In this document: one piece after another, positions 51,500 to 64,000 of the stretch
Layout: each line of letters begins with the position of its first letter
Numbering within the stretch: position 1 is the first letter of the stretch
Source: Dimorphilus gyrociliatus
Taxonomy: Eukaryota > Animalia > Annelida
Length of the DNA stretch: 64,000 nt
Direction: 5' to 3'
NCBI GenBank assembly: GCA_904063045.1
Contig: CAJFCJ010000005.1
Span: 4,121,689 to 4,185,688, forward strand
Made by a program: the position numbers and the translations under genes
Notes under the pieces: model-generated
What the model was told of the DNA's origin: nothing
Database searches by the model: none
The model's input: the letters and a program-made list of their open reading frames with translations, nothing else

Positions 51500-54420
51500 C
51501 GCCAGTTCGCTAGTTCGCTAGTTTGCTAGTTCGTTCTTCCTCTGCTCCTCTATCTATCTATCTCCCTCCCTCTTTCGCTTTATATCTCACCGTTTGTGTC
51601 TTTTCGCCTCTTTCTCCCCTCTCTCTATCTCTTTCTCTTTCTCTTGCACACACACACACTCAAGCACACACACAGTCCCCTTTTGTTTCTTTCTCTTCCC
51701 CTTGTTTCTTGTTATTCTATTGAAAGATAAAAGAGAAATTCAATAGAATATATAGGTTTTATCTGCCGTATTGAACATTTTTCACTCGTCTTTATTATTC
51801 AAATGAGTTTATTTTCATATTCTATTTGAATATATTTAAAAAAAGATATTCAAATTATATTCAAACAATATTCAAAATAGATCAAAGCTGCTTTGTAATT
51901 TTAATACTATAAATTAACTTCATATTGATGATTAATGAAGTTTAAAAATAGATATAAACACTACCAACTGCTAAAAATCGCCGCTATATTTCATGTACAT
52001 AACGCTGGCTATCTGTTCGGACAAGTGGCCACGTGATGCTCTCTATTATTGAATACATGTAGGGAACTGTATTGAACAGATAGATTTTTTTTCTAATCAG
52101 GCCTATTTTGTATACATTGTATGAACTGTTATGTACTGTATCTAGTGAATAGCTGTGTATACTATTCAAATTATATATATTGTATATATATAATATGGTA
52201 TATATGCAATATTTATTATATATAATGTATATACACGATGGACGCTCTTTTTTCTCTTTTTATGTTATATTTCATTATAAAAATTGTTTGTAACAATGGC
52301 CTGAGGTCAGTAAAACACATGCTCCGTACCAATCCCTATATGTGCAATAATAATAATCTAAAAAAGTTCTTTATAACTCCATATAAGGGCATTTTCATTT
52401 AATTGTATTATACGGGTCGATAGGGAGAATGTTCGATTAAGCGCAATATAATCATGGGAAAAAGTCTTTTTAATATTATAGAGAGGAGATAGATAGAAAG
52501 TTAGATAGATAGCGAGAGAGAGAGAGAGAGAGAGGGAGAGAGAGGGAGGGATAGAGAGAGAGAGAGAGAAAAAAAAGAGGAAAAGAGAAAAAGAGAGAGC
52601 GAGAAGCGAGAAAGAGAGCAGCTTGCGTGTAAATTCATATTTTATATTAACTGGACATATAGAACTAATAAAAAATAGCACAATGTATATATATACGGTG
52701 TACAGTTATTTATATTGTGTGTAACCGCAAATTGCTGCATACGTTTTTGCTGTACCGTATGAAATACAGTTTAGATAGTGTATATCTGTATGTAGTTAGA
52801 TAGACAGCCAATATTCTATATATACAGCATACTATATATCTATATATTGTATATATACTGTATATATATATAAATTGAATTCATCGACTTTCTATATAGT
52901 GCGAAAAACTTATATATACAGTATGTAGAAAGACACATAGGCGAAAAGAACGCGTTCTCTACTTAAATCCCAATGTGCACCTAAGAATGTTCGCCTTTTC
53001 GTGCACTATAATAGATGCAGTCGGTATATTATGAAAGTGAACACCAGTTATGCACAGAGCATATACTATAGAATATATAATAGTGTACCCTCCTTGCCCT
53101 TAGATAGTCTTTAAGTACATACACAAGCAAATTCTGGGTTAAATCTTTACAAATAGTATATTAGAATATAGTTAATATGGAGTATATATATATATATATA
53201 TATGCTGTATATACGTTAAAAGAAACAGTCAAATATAGACTGTTCTGTATGTTTATTTTCTTAACTGACACCCTAGCTGTACTTTAAAGAACATATAAAA
53301 CACTATATATCATTTTGTATTTTAGCTATTTATTCTGTATGACAATAATTGAATAATGTTATATTATATTGTTTTGATTATGTACGTTTATTTATATAAT
53401 ATACGTTTATATAGGATATTATATATACTGAATACTTAATATAAAATACTCGGTATTTATTAGACAGTAAATGTTTCTTTAATTAGATTGTGTTTATATA
53501 GCTATTTTCTTCCCTTTCTTTCCTTCTATTTTCATATTTCTCTCTGCTTCCATCTATCTATCTCTCTATCTATCTAGCTATCTAGCTATCTATCTTCTAC
53601 CCTCACCTCCCCCCCACATCCTTTTCCACCTCTCGCCCCCCTTCCTCGTTCCCTCCCTCTCTTTATCTTTCTATTGGAATGCTTGTTCTGCTGTATAAAG
53701 TTTATAAATTACGCAAGATGTCTATTTCAAAAAAAGCAACAAATTGCATTGCAAATTAGAATTTGTCCTATGTTTTCTTCCGTCGAGAATTTAGGTTCGA
53801 GGAACAAACATCTGAAAATGAAAGAAAATTTGTTCTGTTTCTTTTCTAATGATCCTTTACCGTATTAATAAATCAAGAAGCTCGGCTTTTGCGCGTCGAA
53901 TAGAAAAGAAAATGGATTATTCCTTCGCTTTTATTGCGTCTCTTCTTGAATTTCGTTTATGCATTGATTGCCTAGCGGTCAATTAAAAGCAAAAACTGTG
54001 TGACTTTTCCTTTAATTTGACCTTTTTAAATGAGAGTATTGGATAATATTCTTAAAGAGTTGTTACAGATTAAGTAGGATAGAGACAAAGAGAGAAAAGC
54101 GAGTAGCTGAGAGTATTAACGGTTAGACAACAGAGAAAAAGTAGTAACAGTTGGAATAGAAAATGAATAAAAGATAAATAGATAGATCGAGAGAGACAGA
54201 GAGGGAGCTTAAGAGTGAGAAATGAAAAACGTGTGCTTATATTAAATATATAAATATAGCCTGAGCAATATAAATATAAATATATCATATATATACAGTT
54301 ACAGGAGATATAAATATAAATATATTGTATATTTAGTTATGTAGAGCAAATACTGTATCTTTTAACATTTTGACACTTTAAATCTATAAAAAAAAGAGAG
54401 AGAGAGAGAGAGAATGTAGC
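51500..54420. repeat. AT-rich low-complexity region with (CT)n, (AG)n, (TA)n, (CA)n and (CTAGTTCG)n microsatellites
   Basis: Examples: an 8-mer tandem at ~51502-51533, (AG)n at 52510-52570, (TA)n at 53185-53202. There is no credible ORF. Confidence 0.7.
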
Positions 54421-54930
54421 CAACTAGCAGAGCTGGCCTCGATATGTGTGCGTCTATCTATAGGTCGTTTAAAAAGTTATTGTGACGCTTAACGCACTCT
54501 ACGTGGCTGAGCAATCAATTGAAGATTTATCTATTTTGCTATTAGTTAGGCCAACAAACTTATAAATTAAAAGGCTAAACGAGAAAAGGCGGTTTGCTTT
54601 ATTCTCTTGAAGAATACTTCTTCCCCTCTTTCCATCGGTCCTTAATTCGTTTACGTAATAATTTCTGTGGGACAATCGATATAGTGCATCAATTTTTTTG
54701 TACAAGTTTTAATAGCAAGCAAATATAATAGTCAACGCACGGCTAGAGGGAATGAACAAACACATTATTGAAATTGATAAGCCATAGCATGTACGTTTGT
54801 AGCGTCTACGCAAATAGTGTCATATAATACAGCGGTAGGTTTTATTGAAAAATAAATCCACCTAATTTACTATTGGAAATGGAAAAAAAATATTTTTATT
54901 TTACTTTTGGCGCGAGTTTCAATTACCGGT

Positions 54931-56394
54931 TTATCGAACGTTTTTTAACAAAGATGTTCTTGCTGATACTAAAATTTTGAAGGCTTCTTCTGATCCGGGT
55001 GCAACACTTTTGTCGGGATGAAGAAGCTTCGCTAACCTCCTGTAGGCATTATTTATATCGTCTCTGAAATTAATAGAAAGCATTCTAGCGTATATGGCTT
55101 AAACTCAATTTTCTTGTTTACTTTGTCGCTCCAGGAATTAGTCCCAATCGTTCATAGTTATCCTTGGCATTTTTCAATTGATAAATAGCCTCCGCTTGCT
55201 CCTTACTGTAACCAAGTTGGGTCGAAGGCAGCTTTAATTTACCTCCATTCTCTACCATATGAAGAACACCCTCGAAGAGTTCCTGTTGTATATTTTAAAG
55301 GAGAAAAAGCAGAGAATAACCATTAAATAAAAATTGTTATTATCTATACTATTCACTATTCACTATTCATTTCTAGTGCTAGTGTCAAACTATAATTGAA
55401 AGATTCCCACTTGAAACATTTCCGTAATCCCTTCACCAGTTTGAGCAGACATTTCAAAGTACCTAAATCCCTTAGAATCTGCCCAGAGTCTACCGTCGGA
55501 TTCGTCGACTTTTCTCTTTAAATCAGTCTGTAATGAGTTTTTCAAGCCCGTAATTTTGTACAGAGACATAAGAATTAATCTGATTTACCTTGTTTGCACA
55601 AACAACGTAGAACACGTTCTGCATTTCCGAAGCATTTCCTATTTCATTTCTCATTTCTGTCAACCAGTGATCGAGGGATTCAAAGCTACTCCGATCTGAT
55701 ACGTCATAGACCAGTAAAGCCCCTTGCGTATCTTTATAGAATTCGTTTCGGACCTAAAAATGACTTCACTTAGACAATTTCCGATTAAATCTATTACTAT
55801 TTTTCCTTTTTACTAACGTCGTAGAATATTGAATGACCGGCCATATCGAAAATGTTTACTTTAACTTCTCTATTTTTCACCGTCACTCTACGGTAGGAAA
55901 ATATTTACCAATAACGGTGAATAAACACTATTGTATGACCCATTTCCCTCACTTACTTCGTCACTCCGTAATCGATGCCGATCGTTGCTAAATATTTGTG
56001 AACGAACCTCTTTTCGCAATATCGCTTTATAATACAACTCTGAAAGTAGTAAGGTAATAATGTAAGGATAGCAATACTTATACAGTAATATTTTACACAA
56101 TTGTCTATATTTATAGATATACTTTCAAATTGCAAACTATTGCTGTCGTAAATACTAAATAAGCTCACTCCCAGAGCCCATCCTCCCTCCACTTCCCTCC
56201 TACTATTTTTCATTAACTCTTTCTTTTCCTTCTCTAATCATTTTCGTTCTTTCATATATATATATATATATATCTACTGTATATTTCCTACCTATTACAT
56301 ATTCTACCGGTTAGATAAATACCTTTCCGACCTCTGCATTACCCATGCTTATTATCTTTATCCGAATAGGCCTCTTGTTGCGCTCCTTTTCCAT
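54931..56394 (-). CDS. DNAJC27: DnaJ homolog subfamily C member 27 (RBJ; Rab-like GTPase plus J domain), multi-exon
   Basis: RIKIISMGNAEVGK|SCIIKRYCEKRFVHKYLATIGIDYGVTK, FDMAGH, NEFYKD, and J-domain LHPDKSVAPGSEEAF. Confidence 0.95.
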
Positions 56395-56788
56395 ATTTTA
56401 TCAAATCGACTAATCAACAAAATATTGCCAAATAAAGAAACTATTTTCTCTTGATATCACAATCAAGATTATTTTCTCGAATAATTCTTTTCGCCTATTT
56501 GCAATATTTATATTTATTTATATAAAAAAAACTAATATCGGCAGTATCCACGAGAAAAATATTTGTTTACATTATTGTTATAGCAGTGACAATTTTGTCA
56601 ATTCTAACTTAAAACCTGGTATTTTCAGAGAGTAACCTTTCCTCTTCCGTTTTTCACGTAAAATTTCAGATAGGAATAAAAGTCAAAAGTATGGTATTAC
56701 CATTCTGTTAATAAAATTAATGATAGAGTTATAGATTGGGAGATCGGAACCAGTTTATAGACAAATTTTTGTATTATCCCTCCGAAAC

Positions 56789-59020
56789 ATGACACAAAGT
56801 ATCGTAATACAAGGTTTGAAGACATGATAAAATTTACAATTTTTCTTTTTTTAAAAAAAGTCCTTCAATGACAGTTGGACAATGCGGGAATCAAATTGGC
56901 TGCCGGTTTTGGGATTTAGCTTTGAAAGAACACGCGTCAGTGAACAGGGTAGATTTTTAGATATATACATATACATTACATAATTTTACAATACTAATAA
57001 ATAAATAAACAGAAATATTTATCTATATATTTATATATATATATATAAAAGACTGTATAAGTATATAATTATCTGGGGAACGAATTTGTGTGATAAAAAT
57101 AACAAAGTCACTAATTTTCCATAACAGAAGGGAATATATGACGATGCCCTGAAAAGTTTCTTTAGAAACGAAGGTGGTGATGAAAATAGAAAGACCATTG
57201 CCGACTTAAAAGCTAGAGTCTGTTGTTTTTATTCCTTTTTTTCGTAAATTTAAATTCTAATAGTGTATACCATTATCTAATTTGTAGGCAATTCTTATTG
57301 ATATGGAAGAAGGAGTCGTAAATGAGATAATGAAAGGGAAATTAAGAAATGTTTTCGATCGTCGTCAACTGATTACTGATGTCTCAGGATCGGGAAATAA
57401 CTGGTTAGTAAGCAACTAATTACAGTCTCCCCCTTCTGTTCTTCCTACTCTCTCTCTCTATCTCTCTCTCTTCAAGGTCGTTATATGGTCTGTTTACCCT
57501 CTTATTCGTAGGGCCGTCGGCCACATGGTATATGGACAGCAGCATAGGGAATCGATATTAGAAAACGTTCGTAAGGAGGCGGAGTCCTGCGACAGTTTAC
57601 AATGCTTCTTTATACTTCATTCTATGGGAGGGGGCACTGGTTCCGGTTTAGGCACTTCAGTCCTAAGATTGGTTGCTGAAGAATATCCGGACGTTTATCG
57701 TTTCGGTTCGCTCTTTAACTTTTAACCTTCCCTTTCCCTCTCCACCCAAACCTCTCTAACAGAAAATCTATTATATAATCCTATTTTTAGTAACCGCCGT
57801 CTATCCATCGTTTGACGATGACGTAATTACTTCGCCTTACAACACGATGCTCGCTACTAATCAACTAACTAATTATGCCAACTGCGTTCTACCGATCGAA
57901 AATCAGTGCTTGACAAACATTATTGAAAGGCACGCTAAAATGAACAAACAATCGGAAAAGAAAACAGGCAAACCGTTCGACAATATGAATGATATAGTAG
58001 CGAACCTTTTATTAAATTTGACCAGGTTAGCAAAATTTGTTAACCACTTTTCTACTCATTATAATTATATCATTTTCGATATATAGCTCCTCGAGATTTG
58101 AGGGTTCTCTTAACGTCGATCTAAACGAGATAACGATGAATCTGGTGCCTTTTCCTAAACTTCATTATATCCTGTCCAGTATGGCACCTATTTATTCTAC
58201 CAAAGGAATAGGGCCTAGAAGGTATACCGAATGAATAAATGAAGGAAATTTCGTTGAATAATTAATTATCTTTTTTTTGTAGATTAGACGAAATTTTTAC
58301 GGATGCTTTTACGTCACTTAATCATCTGGTCGATTGCGATCCGTTAAGAAACCTTTATTTGGCTAGTGGATTGCTGATTAGGGGGAACGTTCAACTATCA
58401 GATGTCAGGAGAAATATAGAAAAGTAAATTTCTCTTGTATAATTAATAATGTCTTTGTTATTATTATTATTAGTAGTAGTATTAGTATTAGTATTATTGC
58501 TTTTTGTTTCTTAAATGATCATTCTCTACTTTTATAGATTACAAATGAAATGTAAATTTGTTCCCTGGAACAAAGATGGCTGGAAAATCGGCTTATGCTC
58601 TGTTGCGCCTGTCGATCATCGCTACTCTTTACTTTCTCTATCAAACAATACTTGCATAGTTGAAACCTTCAAGAACTTACAATCTCGATTTAATAAACTC
58701 TATACCAGAAAGGCGAGTACAGCACATGTTATTTATTATATCTACGCCGAAAAAACTGATAAACTAAACCCGTATAACAATTATTTTTTGTTTTTTAGCT
58801 CGTTTTTCTCTTTCCCTCTCGCTTTCTCCTACTCTTTTTTCTTTATTATTAAAACATTACCCCTTTACAGGCTCATATTCATCATTATACCGATCATGGA
58901 GAAATGAGTATTAACGAATTTGATTTGGCAAATGAAAGCTTAAAATCATTGATAGAGGAATACGACGACTTAAATACGCGCCAATGGATAGTACCGGAAA
59001 GGCTAAAAATTGTTTTATAG
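56789..59020 (+). CDS. TUBE1: Tubulin epsilon chain, multi-exon (one GC-AG intron)
   Basis: MTQSIVIQ|VGQCGNQIGCRFWDLALKEHA, LIDMEEGVVNEI, DVSGSGNNW, HSMGGGTGSGLG, DDVITSPYN, RFEGSLNVDLNEITMNLVPFPKLHY, RK|AHIHHY. Confidence 0.96.
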
Positions 59021-59845
59021 ACCTTCAATAGATTTTCAAACCGTTAACAGTAAGTACATTTTTGTTATTGCAAATCGATCGAACGTCGTATCGACAAAAT
59101 TCACTTGGTAAAGAGTTTGTAACTGTTTTTGTTATAGCTCTTTAAAGAGCTCCTGCTGTCGCTTTATTGCTATGATATCCGTTAATTAGTAAATGCTATG
59201 GCAGTTTTTTATCGAGTGTGTACTTAAAAGTCGGCTACCGTGAAATTTTTAAGATGTAGGCTTAATATACTCTCAATAGTACTTGTAGAAGAAAATATAG
59301 ATGGCTAAATATATATATATATATATTTATATATACTGCTATAAAGACATATAGATAGATGGATAGATATGTAAGAATATATATATATATATATATATAG
59401 TATATTTATAGTATTTACATATATTTATATAAATACAGTTCCTGCATGCAAACGCACTTGTATATATCTTTATACTAAAAAAATTTATGCTTGTAGCTGT
59501 GAGTACTTTTATCTTACAAAACACGCAACTATTCTCAAACAGACATATTTACCATACATTTACAATATGCAAAAGGTGTATACATATATTTATATACTAT
59601 ACTATTTGAGTTTGTAGCTGAAACCTACTATTGAACTTATTGTCTCCTCTCTTCACCGCGTCTTTTCTGACTTATCTCCCATCATCCATCCGTTCCTCCC
59701 ACCCTCCTACCATTCATTCTGCCCGAATAAATTTATTATAAGGCCTATAGATAAATATGAATACGACTACACAGTAGTTTAAGTATTATTCGTAAATATC
59801 CGCTGATGTTTCTGCCTATCAGCAGTTTGATTATATACATGTACA

Positions 59846-59877
<32 letters not shown>

Positions 59878-61088
59878 AATGTACTATATACATATCAATA
59901 TTCAACTCGTTATACTGTATACACCGCATACGAATATTGTATATGAAGATAGGAGCTACATTCTATTATGTATGTAGAGAGAAAAGACTATTTTTCTTTC
60001 ACTCAGACATATATACGGTAATCGATAGAATTTGACATATATTCCCGACAAGCTATAAATCAAGTCCGATACGGAAGAAGGGCTGTGGCTGTATTTTCTT
60101 TGGTTAGGTTAAAAAAATTGGGGGAAAAAAAAAAACGCTAAAAAACAAAGATTGAAAATTTTAAATCTTCATTTTTTATGTAGAAATTAATAAGATAAAG
60201 AGCTTTAAGAAACTCTTAGACACGATCTTGCACCAGTAACGCTCGAACATTAATGAGCGCGATTTCCGTTAATTAATTCCATTCTCCCAGTCGACTTTCC
60301 TATTCCATACAGTGCAGCCGTCGATATTTCTCTTTACAGTTGACTGAACGCCCGGTTTAGTTTTTTTTTTCTTCTTTTCCTAACGCAGACCGGCCGACGC
60401 CTTGGCTAAGAAATTCTTTAAAAAGGCCTAATTGCTGCAGAAATAAAGACGTCTACCGCTTCACTCAGTCGTCTTCCTTTGATGTCTGCACATTTTACGT
60501 GGTCAGGTGAGTGTAGAAAGTATTTTTTCACGTTTTTTTTATAGCAAAGAGAGAGAGAGAGAGAGAGAGAGACGTCGAACGAGTTGGAGAGCAATTCAAT
60601 TTAGTACATATAGGAAGGGAGGGAGTGGGGCACCGACAAAGCTTCACTGTACAATGCCGTGTTTACGGGCCGTAATAAATGACCTTTACACCCATACCGA
60701 TTGAGTGTAACGGTCTGAAATGACGATTACCAGAGCGTTACTCTCGGGAACCGCTCTTATGATGTTGGCTAAAAACACATAGCGGTTAGCCGATGGCGTA
60801 CGATAAATAATTCTCCTTTCACGCGGCGTTCCCCGTCTTCAAAGCGTCAGTTTCGGATTTAATATACGATATACCGCACTGACTCGACGTCGCATTTACA
60901 CCAACTAACCCCTTCGACGTTCTATCGATTTCTACTGTCATAAAATTTTAACGTTTGCAGACAAATAGGTACGCCTACTTTTTTCTCTGATGACATTTGG
61001 TCCCCTCCCCTCCCTACTCCCTTTTTCTATATACAAGCGAGCGAGCGCGCGCGCGCAAAAGTTGCGGAATGTAGGGAGCGTTGCAGTA

Positions 61089-61098
61089 GTCACGTGAC
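61089..61098. promoter_or_regulatory. Palindromic GTCACGTGAC (USF/TFE CLEAR-type E-box) in the GC-rich promoter of the NCS gene
   Basis: A perfect 10-bp palindrome next to a (GC)6 run (~61025-61036) in a CpG-rich island upstream of the 5' UTR intron (61313-62011). Confidence 0.45.
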
Positions 61099-62061
61099 CA
61101 ACTGCAGCTGGCGGCGGGATGCACCTGGTGCAGTTTTACACTCGGTTTGTTTCGCGCTGGATATATTGCAGTCGCCTCTATAATTCTAGCCTGCCGTTCT
61201 CCGACTTAGGAGCGCTCGTACGTATATATCGGCTTATTGTTTGCAGTCGGTTGTTGACAAACGAGCCGTAATTAGACCAGCGTTTGATAAGCGATTCCGT
61301 GCGGACTGCAAAGTAAGAAAATAACGCGATTTGCAGTGTCGTCGTTATATTTACTTTCCTAGCCGTAGTCTCTCGCCTGAATATTTTATTGGCGGATAGC
61401 GAAAATTACAGCGGAAAGGGAGTGAGGCGCAGTTTTGCAGTTGATTGATGCGGGCGGCGAATATTTGAAGAGATTGAGTGCCAGTTGGATTGGCTGCCGT
61501 TGCGCAACTAAACTATTGAAGAGTTAGCAAATAGTGGAAAAGCTCCTATATGGGAATTTTTTTTATCTGCCGCTTTACCTGTAAAATTGTGTACCGCATT
61601 GCAGTAGCGAAAGATTTAGACACGTCTTCTTCACCTTCATAAATCGGCATAATTAGAGAAAAAAAAGAGAAAAAGTAACATTGTCGCCCTTTTATTGCCA
61701 ATAGGACGTATCTATCAAATATTTGCTGTCGCATGTGTACGTACAGTTAGTCTATTGATCAGTTTGGGGTATTTGCAATCAATTTTTCATTAATATTTTC
61801 TTCGCTTGTAATTAATTTAATCAATCAGCTTAAGCGTTACTTAGCGACGACGCAACCGTATACGCAGACGTATAAATGTGTCCTCGCTGTCTCATTGATT
61901 GGTAGATCGATGATTTAGAATTGTTTCTGTACACTATGGTTGGCATGTGTTAGCTGGTGGCTAACTTGCTTTCTGTACGCTTGATTAATTGTATCGGCAA
62001 TTTGATTTCAGGGCCTATCAAAGCTCTTCTAATTCTGATGTGATGCAACAAAGGACTGATC

Positions 62062-63443
62062 ATGGGAAAAGCATCTAGTAAGAGTAAACTGAGTAAGGAA
62101 GATTTGGACTTTTTACTCACCAACACAAACTTTAACAAACGCCAGATAAAGCAGTGGTATAAGGGCTTTATGGTGAGTACATCATTTGTCGTCGTTTTCC
62201 TTCCCTCTTTCCCCTTCTCTCTTCACTTGTTTGTCTATCTAACTATTTATCTAACTGTCCGTCCCTCTCCGCACTCTCTTTACTCTCTGTCTGCCTGTCT
62301 CTGTCTGTCTCCCTTGCTCTATCTCTCACGTTCTCTTCTCGTTCTGTTTTTCTTTTCAAGTATTTCCCTTTGCTCTCTTTCTCTCTTTTTTACTCCTCCC
62401 TTCTCTATCTCTCTATATATCTCTCTCTCTCTCTTCTCTCTCTTCTCTCTCTTCTCTCTGTATCTCGCTCAGTACACCTATATATCTAGCACACACATAT
62501 TTTTATCCCTTTTTCGTTTGCTATTTTCTCTCTCTATCTCTTTCTCTCTCTCTCTAACTCTCAATTTAACTCATCTCTATTCTTATTGCTCTCGGCCTAT
62601 CTTTTTCCTCATGCAATCTCGTAGTCATCCACTTTCTGTCTCGCTCTGTTTCCCTTTCTCCTTCTCACCATGTCTCTTTTTACTATTTTTGTTTGGCCCC
62701 ATGAGATTTCGGCCTTATCGCCTAACCGACGCTAGACGTTGACCTTTTTCTCGCTCTTTACTTTATAAATGTTGTTTTGTTTTTTTCATTCGCGCAGCGC
62801 GATTGCCCATCTGGTCAACTGACTAGAAAGAAATTCCTCGAAGTCTACTCGGGTTTCTTCCCAGAAGGAAATGCCGAAAAATTCTGCGAGCATGTCTTTC
62901 GAACCTTCGATTCGGATAATTCGGGCAGAATCGATTTCAAGGAGTTCCTATTAGCCATTAATATAACTTCAGCCGGTAAACCCGAAGAGAAGTTAGAATG
63001 GGCGTTCCAGATGTACGATATAAACGGTGATGGGACGATCGACGTGAAGGAGATGGTGGAAATTATTACGGTAGGTAGTTGTAAGTGCCCTTAAAATGCT
63101 GTCATATCGATCAATAAGGCAGCACTGATGGTATTGCGGTTCTTCTCTTTTATATACCGACGCGCTAAAACCTGGCTTAGTTCGCCTCTTTTGTACTCTG
63201 CTTAAATAATTGCTTTAAAATCATTTTCTTTATTTTTCATAGGCTATTTACAATATGGTTAGCTCGTCTCTGGCGCAAAATAATCCAGAGGATACACCAG
63301 AACGACGGACTGCGGAAATCTTTGATAAGATGGACGAAAATAAGGACGGAGTTTTAAGCAAAGAAGAATTTATCAAAGGCTGCATGAACGATCAGTTCCT
63401 TTATCAGATGCTCACTGCAGACCAGTCCGGCTTCGAACAGTGA
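62062..63443 (+). CDS. ncs-2: Neuronal calcium sensor (NCS-2/neurocalcin-like, myristoylated EF-hand protein), 3 exons
   Basis: Exons 62062-62172, 62799-63070 and 63244-63443. [18 protein letters not shown] myristoylation start; EF hands [26 protein letters not shown] and [13 protein letters not shown]; CEHVFRTFD. Confidence 0.9.
62173..62798 (+). repeat. Pyrimidine-rich (CT/TC) low-complexity intron 1 of the NCS gene
   Basis: About 600 nt dominated by imperfect CT repeats. This explains the spurious L/S/F-rich read-through ORF. Confidence 0.8.
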
Positions 63444-64000
63444 CGCTTACTTAACACATTCCTTGCACAGTTTTTATTTTGTTTTTTTTTTTTAAAACGT
63501 TCATTTTTTATCTCTCTCTCTCCTCTCTCTCTCTTTTTCTCTACAAAACTCTGGAAAATCTTTTCTCGCTGTTTTTTAAAAAAAAAGTGAAGCGGTTTTA
63601 TTTTTTTTCTTTTAGAGTTTGGTCACGCAATTCCTCCTCATAATTAAAATAATGTCTACTATATATATATATATACAGTATATATACAGTATGCGCTATA
63701 TGTATGTATATATGTATATATAGATCTTTCATTATTTGATTTGTTTTTACTCATTCATCTACTCTTTTCTTAGCTTTTTATTGACTCAGGTCAGTTGTAA
63801 CCAAATTCTAAAAAACCAACTGTAATAGTTAACATTTCTCTATTTACCTTTGTAATTAAGCTGTATGTACGTATATGTTCATCATAATCATCATCTAAAG
63901 CACGATGTGTTTATAGGCGATTTTACTATTTATCATTAATTTGCGTGCGAAACGACGACCTACGGCATAATTACTGCAATCTCTCTCCATCAACGAAAAA

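Noticed and set aside
51523-54705. Several 60-107 aa L/S-rich ORFs
   Set aside because: Translations of CT/AG microsatellites.
62062-62742. 226-aa ORF at the NCS start
   Set aside because: Read-through of exon 1 into a CT-rich intron; the real CDS splices at 62172.

Overview
AT-rich, gene-dense animal (eukaryotic) DNA with short spliceosomal introns, many only 50-100 nt. The compactness and gene sequences suggest a small-genome lophotrochozoan such as a miniature annelid; this is inference, not a database match. I reconstructed about 22 protein-coding genes by joining ORF fragments at GT/GC-AG junctions: TMEM131, ELMOD2-like, RAB30, CKS1, RAB33, SEC13, PSMD14, BAG3-like, PAAF1, NAA15, YIPF6, two tandem small membrane-protein ORFs, VOPP1/WBP1-like, NDC1, TIKI/TRABD2, ZC4H2, NOC2L, a divergent RAD9-like gene, NOL7-like, a single-EGF type I membrane protein, TLCD4-like, DNAJC27, epsilon-tubulin and an NCS-2-like calcium sensor. 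No rRNA, tRNA, CRISPR array or transposase was recognised. Main highlights: (1) a ~243-nt 7SK snRNA gene at 25826-26068 that the ORF track cannot show; (2) a spliced, apparently bicistronic transcript for 53-aa and 90-aa membrane microproteins; (3) a highly divergent RAD9-type clamp subunit; (4) a recurrent CTCF-like TAGATGGCGC motif at promoters; (5) a perfect heat-shock element in front of BAG3. Family assignments come from recalled motif and sequence similarity; no searches were run.
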